A model generated the notes under the pieces. It saw nothing but the letters and a program-made list of their open reading frames with translations. It was not told the origin of the DNA and did not search any database. This document shows, in pieces, positions 46,974-56,934 of a stretch of 64,000 bases of DNA (positions within the stretch are counted from its first letter, which is position 1; every line of letters starts with the position of its first letter). This DNA comes from Octopus sinensis (taxonomy: Eukaryota). The position numbers were made by a program, and so were the translations under genes. Location: positions 32,984,001 to 33,048,000 of the forward strand of contig NC_043012.1 of the NCBI RefSeq assembly GCF_006345805.1. The letters are read 5' to 3'.

Positions 46974-47640
46974 TCATCATCATCATCATCGTTTAACGTC
47001 TGTTTTCCATGCTAGCATGGGTTGGACGGTTTGACTGTGGGCTGGCGAACCAGATGGCTGCACCCGGCTCCAGTCTTGATCTGGCAGAGATTCTACAGCT
47101 GGATGCCCTTCCTAACGCCAACCTCTTCAAGAGTGTAGTGGGTGCTTTTACGTGCCACCGGCATGGGGGCCAGTAAGGCGGTACTGGCAACGTTGTGAGT
47201 TCAAATTCCGCCGAGGTCGACTTTGCCTTTCATCCTTTCGGGGTCGATAAATTAAGTACCAGTTACGCACTGGGGTCGATGTAATCGACTTAATACCTAT
47301 GTCTGTCCTTGTTTGTCCCCTCTGTGTTTAGCCCCTTGTGGGTAATAATGAAATAGGTACTGGCAACGACCTCGCTCAAATGTGCCAGTAAGGCAATGCT
47401 GGTAATGATCCCGCTCGAATGGTGCTTCCTACATGCCACCAGCACGGGAGCCAGTTAGCCGCTCTGGCAACGATCAGGCTCAGATGGTACTCTTAGCACC
47501 CTGCTAGCATGGGGCACAAGTGCCAGTAAGGTGAAGCTGGTAACGATCACACTCGAATGGTGCCCTTTAATGTGCCACTGGCACGGAAGCCAGTTAGCTG
47601 CTTTGTCAATGATCACGTTCGTATGGTGTTCGTGCCCGTC
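46974..47640 (-). mobile_element. Family C / RTE 3' UTR carrying a nested family B SINE (47193-47355, plus strand)
   Basis: The nested copy is flanked by a 13-bp TSD GGTACTGGCAACG (47180-47192 and 47356-47368). Confidence 0.85.
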
Positions 47641-48399
47641 ATTAATGATAAAGCATGAACTGTTAATCTATTGATTAAACTTGTGTTGGGCCCATTGCAG
47701 ATTTATGTATGTGTGCATGCACCCCTAACACTTAATTTTCAGGTAAAAGCCAACTGTTTTCAGTTGAAAAACCCACTTTTCAATATCATCATCGTCATTT
47801 AACGTCTGCTTTCCATGCTGGCATGGATTGGACGGTTTGGCAGGAGTTGGCCAGGCAGTAGCCTGCACCAGACTTGTGTGTCTCTTTTGGCACAGTTTTT
47901 ATAGATGGATACCTTTCCTAACACAAATTACCCAGGTGAGTGGACAATATGGAATGAGAAAATAGATTTTATTCATTCAGATAGTCTATACTACAGCTTA
48001 TATATAAGGCATTTTTTTTTTATGAGAGATACAATACTTCATTGAGAAATTGGTTTATTGCATATCTCTGTTCTTTAACTCTACCTCTACCTCTACCAGG
48101 AAATAAAATTTTAGTGAAATTTCTTTATGGATATTGAACTCCCGTTTGTTATGCCATTGTCCGCTTTGCCGTTCATCATTTATCTGACTTAGCACTTGTC
48201 ATCAATAAATTTATTTTTTTATCCTGCATCTAATATAGAAACAACAAAATCAAAATCTCTTATTCATAAACTTGGTATCTTCATCTTCTCTTTAACAGTT
48301 TACGAGTAACAGCATCAGCTACCATGACCGGTACTTCTAGTTAATTAATAATCACACAGTAATTACATCGTGATAATACAACCAGTTGACATGTAGCGA

Positions 48400-48740
48400 T
48401 CGATATTGGGGAGTTGTCGCGGGAAAAATTCCTGCAAGTTTGTAGAACTCTTCATTTTGCAAGCAAACGATTACTTCCGCTTTGAGCTTCTGTCCGTCTC
48501 TGATTTGGATGCTTAATTGATGATTGTTTTGGCAATTACTTAATAGATTTATCACGATGTTATCTTTCAAACACGAGTGTTCCAGATACTGTTCGGACTG
48601 AAGTTCACATGTAACGCGATTAGTGTTATATTAAAGGAGGAAATTACATGAAAGTGGAAATTATGGGCGAGTTACGAAGGGTACCTGTGACTTTGTTTAT
48701 ATTCCTTGGCGTGTTGTTCTGGAAGTCTTACGGTAAGACC
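48400..48740 (+). promoter_or_regulatory. Promoter / first-exon-like region
   Basis: E2F-like TCGCGGGAAA (48417-48426), Ets-like ACTTCCG (48473-48479), CpG enrichment, donor CG|GTAAGA at 48733. Confidence 0.35.
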
Positions 48741-49880
48741 AGTTCCAATGTTATACGTTCTTAAAATCAATATTTAGTTTTAGAGAGTTAATTCTAGAAT
48801 ATTAACAGTTTATTTTTGTCTGATTAAATCGTTCGGTGATAATGTAAACAATGTATGTTGAATGTGGGACACCTACTTATTGATTGAATTTATTTCTTCC
48901 TTGTCTTGTAAAACATTCTCCTCATTAATAATGCATTAGTCCTTTTATCGTATTTATTATTTCTTACGCATTGCTTTATTTACGTCGTAAATACACGAAC
49001 CCTTCGTCACATGGGTTGTGTTTTCGTAGCTCAGTTTTATGATTAATTTATAACCACTGCTTTAATTGCAAAATATAAGGTTTCATTTTCTAAGTTAGCT
49101 GTTTGTAAAATCTTCAAGATCGAAAATATGACCCCTTAAATGCTATTAGCTACTCGCAAGGATTTTATTGGTATAACGTAACTAGTATTTCGTTTTTGGA
49201 TTTGGTCTGCAAGATTCTTTATGTGAGTTCGTGTGTTGAAGCATATTCTGTTGTGTCTGGGGAGAGTCATTTCCTTATTGTGCCTTATTATGTAACACAC
49301 TCACCGGTAAAATCTCCCCCATTTTCTTATTTTTATTGTCCTAAAATTTTCATTGCGTCTTTAAGGCACAAAAAGATAATGACTCTCCCCAGAAGTAACT
49401 AGTTTTCACTTTCCGATATCAGGCGGGGTTTTAATATTGACGACACTTCGCTATGATTAACTTATTATTTGTTATTGTTTAAGATGGAATATAAATTCGA
49501 AGTACTAGGCAACCTAGTCCTTATTTTATCGACTCCAAAAGGATAGCAACACTTTTGTATAAGTGCGAGTCTTGGGTTCATGAGAAAGGACATGGTTTGT
49601 GAGATATTTCCGGCTAATTGCAAATTCACATAATGTCCAATGGATGGATATTGTTGGTAATGTCATAAAATTGTTTGATTAAGAAAAGTTTCTTCTTTTT
49701 TTTTCTCTCTCTAAAACTTACTTATTGTTAAAGCAGTTGTCTTATGTAGTTTTAGGGTATTGGGTACTGATGCAGAGAAAATTAATTAAGTTGACAACAC
49801 CAGAACAGTTACAGACTGATATACGTTCAGAAGGGATGTGTATGTTGCCGTTGGGTTTAGAGCAATCTGATTGTTTTCAG

Positions 49881-49951
49881 AAGCATTCATTCAGATACAG
49901 ACAAGCCTTGCGATGGCAATGGAGGAAACGGGTCCTTTCCACATAGACTAT
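49881..49951 (+). other. Candidate 71-nt exon
   Basis: Acceptor tgattgttttcAG and donor AT|GTAAGA; two frames open; product unrecognised. Confidence 0.28.
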
Positions 49952-50339
49952 GTAAGAGAGACCATTGGAGAACTATGCAAGGGACCATTGGAGAAAGAAA
50001 TGCTTCCTTCAAGTATCAGATGTTACAGAAATATAATTGTATTGACAATTAGCACTTAAAATTCATGTTAATTGACAATTAACATTCATTTGCTATGTGT
50101 ATTTGATCACTTATAAACCAGGGCCAAAATTTCATCAATCCTGCCAACCACCATGCACACAAACATTCTACATATTAAACAGGACGATTAGTGGTTTGTC
50201 TGTTTTCCTACTTATTACGACTTTGGTCTCCTTTAAGTTAACTTCAAGGCCCTTTGATTCTAGGTTTTGCTTCCGCGCCTAGAATTACTGTTTTAATTCT
50301 ACTACAGATTCAGCTATAAGATCAAGGTCATCAGTATAG

Positions 50340-50552
50340 AGGAGCTCTCATAGGCAACCAGTCTTAAGCCCTCTGTCATAGCTTGGAGGACTATGATGAA
50401 TAAGAAGAGGACGAAGAACTGAGCCCTGGTGAACTCCCTGCATACTAAATTCATTGTTATGGTCATTGCTAACTCTTGCCTTATCAACAACATCTGTGTA
50501 CATGGCTTGGATGGCTCTTACCTGCCATTCGTTGATCCCTAGCTTCTCTCCA
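50340..50552 (-). mobile_element. Decayed RTE RT fragment
   Basis: Minus strand KLGINEWQVRAIQAMYTD...GVHQGSVL, homologous to 40450-40590. Confidence 0.8.
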
Positions 50553-51784
50553 ATGACAAGGGTAACGGGGTGACGCTATGAAGGGTTTTCTCTAGCAGTT
50601 TATTTTTCTAGTAATTTTCTAGTAAGGCAATTATTCCTGTAATTGCTTTACTAGAAAGAGTGTATCAACCAAACTGCATCTCATCTGGGCTAATCAGATT
50701 AAATGAACTGATGGAATCTTTGCATCAACACGTTCCTCCTTGCGACAATGTAGCCTTTAATCAAATGAAGATATCTTTGGCTTGAAGAGTAGCTGTGGAT
50801 TTTACCACTTCTGAGGTTCCACTCGCTATGAAACATGTAGCCTGAATTTCCCATACTCCATTCCGTAACACTTGTATTCTTTTTCACACACTTGGCAACC
50901 CTGGTTGCTTGCCAAAGAATATAATAAGAACCTTTTTCAGCTCATCATTCTTTGATAAAAGAAAAAAAACCATCTGCAACCTTCCATCTCAATAAACCAC
51001 TATTGTTCCTGAAAGTTGTTTTTTTATATTTATTATGGATTGCTTGAAGCTAACTTTCTTCCTACAACTCGATTCCTGGATTCTACATTTACACACACAC
51101 ACACACACATCTTTGTGTTTATCCCCATCACCGCTTGACAACAAGTGTTGGTTTGTTTATATTCACGTAACTTACTGATTCAGCAAAAAGAGTGATAGAA
51201 TAAAGTACCAGGTTTAAAAATAAGTATTGGGGGGTTGATTTGTTTGACTAAACCCTTCAAGGCAGTGCCCCATCATGGCCACAGTCCAAAGACTGAAACA
51301 AATAACACATAAAAGATAGTTGCTGTTATTAACAGTGAAATTGAAAGCTTACGCTTTTAAAAATGAATGATAAGTTTTAGTCTGTTGGTATAATTTATGC
51401 TTCACTCCTAAAAAAGGAAAGCTGAAATAAATTATTACTGTATTTGAACACACAAAAACTTAAGGAATTCCTCTGAAATTATCTAGAAATTATTTAATGT
51501 TTTAGAATATGACAATTTATCTTTGCTTTTTTTTATGTTGTTGTTGCCATTCATCTCAAATTGAACTCATTTACTCCAGTTAATTCTTTCAGAGTGTCTC
51601 CTAATTTTGCAGGATATAATAACCATGACATTTCATATTATTCTACACACTTCCAAGTTGTTAGATGTACTTGGCTCTTTCTTTGATTTCTCTTGGGAAT
51701 TATCAAACAGTGTCAACTTGTGTCAGCATCAGAAGACTATTATTTTATTTTTGAAATTGTGAAATTATAGCAATCAAATATAAG

Positions 51785-51984
51785 TTTCAATTTTTGGCAC
51801 AAGGCCATCAGGGGCTAAATTGATTAAATTGACCCCCAGTACTCAACTGGTACTTGTTTTGTCTACCCCAATGGGGTGAAAAGTAAAGTCAACCCCAGCG
51901 GCATTTGAACCCAGAACGTAAAGACAGATGAAACGCTGCTAAGCGTTTTGCCTGGTATGTTAACAATTTTGTCAGCTTGCTGCA
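51785..51984 (-). mobile_element. SINE family B, degenerate
   Basis: GGCATTTGAACCCAGAACGTAAAGACAGATGAAA. Confidence 0.72.
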
Positions 51985-52379
51985 TTTGGTATTTAGATAT
52001 TAAGTTGGTCAATATATTTAATGTAATCAGCACTAAAAAACTAATTAGAAATATATATATATATGGTAAGGGAAAGACAATATTAGCTCAATGAATGATA
52101 ATCATTTCAGGGAATATGCTAGACAGCTCTGGACATGTTCGGGTCTTAGTAGATCTCTTTAACAAAGCCTGGCCTGTGTCATTACTAATGAAAGTAATGA
52201 TGAAAGAATCATTAAGCAGATTACATAATATTGCAGATGAGTTAAGTTAATAGTCTGTCTCGAGTCTACACGTCCATTAGGCTGGAGCTTATCTTGGTTT
52301 CTGTAGTGTTTTCATGGTTTATAGAATGGTTGACAATACAAGATGTAGCAGTCTGTTGCAAGGCTAAAACATGTAGTGA

Positions 52380-52500
52380 CGCTGTTTTGGAAGTTTTCAG
52401 CACGCATGCGCAGAGTTGGATTACTTCCGGTAGGCCGCCGGATGTTCCCTCATGCTCATGTGCAGAGAACTGCCAATAGAAAGTTTTCCCGCTAGATCGG
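52380..52500. promoter_or_regulatory. CpG-rich motif cluster (promoter-like or transposon-borne)
   Basis: NRF1-like ACGCATGCGCA (52402-52412), ACTTCCGGT (52423-52431), CCAAT (52473-52477), TTTCCCGC (52485-52492). Confidence 0.3.
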
Positions 52501-53715
52501 TCTTCTTTTTGTAGCTGCAGCCCTATCGAGTGGACACGACTCAACCTTCTCTCAAGGAAAATCTAGCATGTAGAGAAGCCCCCTTCTACGCGGGAATGGA
52601 GACAGCATTTTGGCTCACACAAGTTAACTGTTGTGAATAGTTTTATGGACTTGGCTACCGGTTCGCCCCGAAGAAAATATATGTATATATATTTTATTTG
52701 AGAATCCAGACAAAATAAAGTAATATTTATTGCTGTTGAAGATAGTCGAAGTTTTGTTTTTCCTTTTGACACAATTGAATGTAACAGGATAAGACCGACA
52801 CCTCTCAAGTGTTCCTGAGACCTTCATCCTGTTACAAACATATCACTGATACTCATTTTCAGCTGAATGGACCGAAGCAATGTGAATGAAGTGCTTTGCT
52901 CAAGGACACACGTCACCTGGTTTAAGGATCGAATCCACAGTTGAGTGGATTGTTAGCCAAACAATCAAATCACTTATGCCATAGAACTTCACTTGTACAT
53001 GAATAGACATAAAAAAAAATGAACATATTTTAATAAACAAATTGTTAAAATTAATTAGCCATTAGGTTGTATCAAATTTAAGGGTTTGAAGCAATTATAA
53101 TGTAATAGGATACTTGCAAAATATCATCATCATCATCATCATCTAAGTCAACTGCAGCTGTGATCAGTTTAAAATTTTTTCTTATTGATTATAGTTAAGG
53201 ACAGGTGTTACTCCTGCCAGATGACAATCCGACCCTTCTCATCCAAGCCTATTGGTCTTATTCTCTCAACTACTAGCAGATGAATGGCTAAGCTATCCCG
53301 AATAAAGTTTGACTTTCAGGTACAGATTTTAGCTATATTTCTCTGCCAAATTACTTCATTAATATTCAATATTAGATTTGGGAAGAAAACTTTGCCAAAT
53401 TAGTGCCATTTAATAAGTACAACCATAAATAGTGTTGCTTTGAGGTGAGATCTGCAAAAAGAATTAGAGAAATTATTATGACAAATAATAATGGAATTGG
53501 ATGGTGATAGAGAGTCCTGAGAATCCACAAAAGCCGTGCAACAAAGAAGAAGAGTTAGCTCTTGCTTCATAATGTTCTGAGTAATATAAACCTTTCATTT
53601 CATAAGTCCCAAGTTGCTGTTAGTTGGAAAAATTGGGATACCTGGATGAAGGGAAATATGATACACAGGACAGACAAAGGGTTAAAAAGTTCTTGTTCAC
53701 CCCAATTTCCCTCAA

Positions 53716-53935
53716 CCCTTTCGTTACTGTATTTATTTTGAGATGCTCTGTGTTTCTTTCAATTATTTTACATATAACAAAGAATTTAGTAGAATAACTT
53801 AGTTATCATTAAGCTGGTGCTAGGAACATAATTTGTGACTAAGTTTTGGTGGAAGATTTTAATTCAAAACTTATGAAAACAAGACATTTATACTCAGAGC
53901 CAGATGTGGTTTCAGCCAGGTTGGTAACAAAAGGC
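53716..53935. mobile_element. piggyBac-like MITE
   Basis: TCAA|CCCTTTCGTTAC...GTAACAAAAGGC|TTAA; related relic at about 3560-3700 and a left end TTAA|CCCTTTCGTTACC at 55772. Confidence 0.7.
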
Positions 53936-54744
53936 TTAATGGAAAGAGTAGTTAATTCATTTTCTCAGTTGCAATAGCTGGATCTCCCTTAATGATTAAG
54001 ACAGAAATATTGTAAAGAATATTTTGTTTTTGTATTTGCTTTGCAAAATACTTGATGTGAGCTTGTATTTGAAACAAATTTTGTTGTATCTTGAGAGGGT
54101 CATTATACCAACGATAAACACATGCACTGGTTTTATTTTACTTCTTTATTATGAATCAGTTAATGATTCAGTTGTTTAAAACTGATTAATTGATTAACTG
54201 AATGATTAATCAAGCAATTGATTAGTTCACTAATTGATGAATAATAAAGAAGTAAAATATAACCTGTGTGTGTGTTAATATGAAATAAAATCAAGTAAAA
54301 AAGATAATAAAACTTTTTTTGCCAATAAAACCTTAAGGCTTTCCTTTAGAAAATTTGGGGTAAATGCTTGCTGAAATATCTGATTTGTTAAAAAGAAAAA
54401 ATAACAAGTAAAAATATAATTTCTTAAAGGTTGAAAGGTTAAAAGAACATCTCTTTGTTTAGACATTTGAAACCTAAATTGTTTTAACTGTTTGTCAACA
54501 TTTTGGTACTAAGTCTTTGATAAGTAAAATATCAGCTGCAAATAGTTGTCTTTGTTCTTGAATAACCTTACACCCAGACTAAAGTTCAAAAAGGATAAAA
54601 TGAACATATATTTCAGACGCAAGATGAACATATATTTCAGAAAACTCAGGCTTAGTTTTGATGTAGCTGTTCCCAACCTATTTCTATCATGACACATTTT
54701 AGCAAACCCTCCATCTTTTAAAAATATATTTCTAACATAAGAAG

Positions 54745-54912
54745 TGCAGATGTGGCTGTGTGGTAAGGTGTTTTGTTTGCTTTCCAACCATATGGTTCAG
54801 GGTTCAGTCCTACTGCATGGCATCTTGGACAAGTGTCTTCTACTATAGTCATATACTGACCAAAACTTTGAGTGGATTTGGTAGATAGTAGCTGAAAGGA
54901 GCCTGTCTCATG

Positions 54913-54915
<3 letters not shown>
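54745..54915 (+). mobile_element. SINE family A, 5' half
   Basis: GTGGCTGTGTGGTAAG...GGTTCAGTCC...GTGGATTTGGTAGA. Confidence 0.8.
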
Positions 54916-54948
<33 letters not shown>

Positions 54949-54951
<3 letters not shown>

Positions 54952-55150
54952 TTGAACTATGAGACAGTGATATAGGGGCCTGATGATTGGGGTTATATTC
55001 TAAGAATGGTTCCAGCAAAACACAGAGTGGTTTAGGAACCGGGAAATGTACCTCATGAAACACGTGTAGCCAAGTTATAAAGTAGTAGGTATTTAAAATA
55101 AAATTTCTTTTTTATCTGGTGAGATGAAGGGGCCTACTATCTCTAAATGA
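54949..55150 (+). mobile_element. TA-flanked about 200-bp insert carrying a hammerhead-like motif
   Basis: (TA)n on both sides; internal direct repeat AGGGGCCT at 54974 and 55128. Confidence 0.55.
54975..55079 (+). ncRNA. Type I hammerhead-like motif with a branched stem II
   Basis: GGC-CTGATGA (54980-54986)-T-TGGGGT...ACCTCA-T-GAAAC-ACGT-GTA-GCC; internal hairpins ATTC/GAAT and GGTTCC/GGAACC. Confidence 0.55.
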
Positions 55151-55245
55151 ATATATATATATATATATATCGTCCAACCCATGCTAGCATGGAAAGCGGA
55201 TGTTAAATGATGATAATATATCGCTCTCTCTTATCTCTTATGATA

Positions 55246-55450
55246 TCTCTTATTATAAAAGGCAGATTTTATCTGCCTCCCTTTGTCACTTATAGAAATC
55301 TACAATATAGGATTTCTTCAATTACAATTTACCTAGCATTTTTAAGAGTAGAATGCATCGGGTCATGCCAGGTCCAGTTTTTAAAATTTAAACTCCAATT
55401 AAGCAAAATTTACAGAAAACTCACATTCTGGTGTGTATGTCAAATGCTTT
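55246..55450 (+). mobile_element. Helitron 5' end fragment
   Basis: A|TCTCTTATTATAAAAGGCAGATTTTATCTGCCTCCC, same start as 56935; no CTAG end found. Confidence 0.65.
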
Positions 55451-55936
55451 TCTTAGTCTGGTTTACAGCACACGCAAACGCACACACACAGTGTGCAACG
55501 AATAAAATGAAACTAATTCACTGTGAGTGTGTTGACAGGTAGACAATAGAATGCGATGGCGATGTAATATTTGTTTCTGTCTATCACGCTGATAGATACA
55601 TGAGTAAAATGTATGGCAAGCTAAGAGATAAGAGTGAGTGAAAATGTTCTTGGAAGAGAGTAAATAGCGACAGAGTGATTTGAGGAAGACTAAACTGAAA
55701 GTATGAAACTGTGTTTATGTATAAACAGACGACACATATATAGTTATTAATAAATGTATGCATCCGTTTAACCCTTTCGTTACCAAACCGCCCGAATTTA
55801 CCTATTCATATTTAAATGAGAATATCAGAGTAAATCTCTTTAGTACATTCGTGAAAACACGTATTATACTTCGTACGTTTATATGTATATATGCACACGC
55901 ACGTATGTACATATATATATATGTATGTGTATGTGC

Positions 55937-55982
<46 letters not shown>

Positions 55983-56224
55983 TATATATATATATATATG
56001 TATGTATATGTATGTATGTATGTATGTGTGTATGTATGTATTTTGATTGGTATTTCTGTAGCTGTGCCAAGCTCAACCCCCAGCTGTAGTCACTGCAGAG
56101 ATGGTACAGCGGTGACGTGTTAAATCCCTGTGCCTTCACCGAATCGTTGTCTCTATTTGTGGACAAACATTTTTCAGTCTTTTGTTTAACATGTTAAGGG
56201 AATGTCAGAGACAGGGCCACATGT

Positions 56225-56226
<2 letters not shown>

Positions 56227-56305
<79 letters not shown>
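56227..56305. repeat. (AC)n microsatellite
   Basis: About 39 AC units. Confidence 0.95.
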
Positions 56306-56309
<4 letters not shown>

Positions 56310-56539
56310 ACACACACCACCCCTCAAATACAATTTTGTACAAAAATCGAAGTGTAATTTTAATTCCGTGAATTATGGGAGATTTTTTTCCAAAATTTGT
56401 TCCTATTGTGTTTTCAAAATTTGTAATTCTGACAAAAAATGGATACGAATTTCATTATATCAAGCAGCGAGTCAGAATTCGAAGGATTTTCTACTGAAGA
56501 CCTTCATAAATCTAACTCTATGACTGAAAAAAAAAAGCA

Positions 56540-56934
56540 TCTTTATATAAGAGTGAAGTTGTGTGTCTGTCTCCTACGATTTAGATTCGTAACTACTCCC
56601 ACATTTTGCGGTGCAGTTTAACCAAAAGCGGGTATCTTATAGTCGTGATTCATATCGAGCCCTTCTGGGTATTAGCGCGCGTCTACGATGAGTCTACGAT
56701 TTAAAAAAAATTTACCATCATATTTTTCCATTTTAATGCATTTTTTTCGCTTTTATATAAGGGAAGTAACTCTCTAAAAATATCTAGGATGTGTCAACGA
56801 TTTAAAAAAAAATTTACCTTAATTTTTTTTCAAATTTTAATGCATTTTTTTGCTATTTTTTGGCTATAACTCTCTAAAAATGCTTATATAGTTATTTCCC
56901 TTACAACCCGAGCAACACCGGGCGATACTGCTAG
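56540..56934 (+). mobile_element. Non-autonomous Helitron (395 bp)
   Basis: A|TCTTTATATAA...CCCGAGCAACACCGGG hairpin...CTAG|T; homologous to 29385-29894. Confidence 0.88.
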
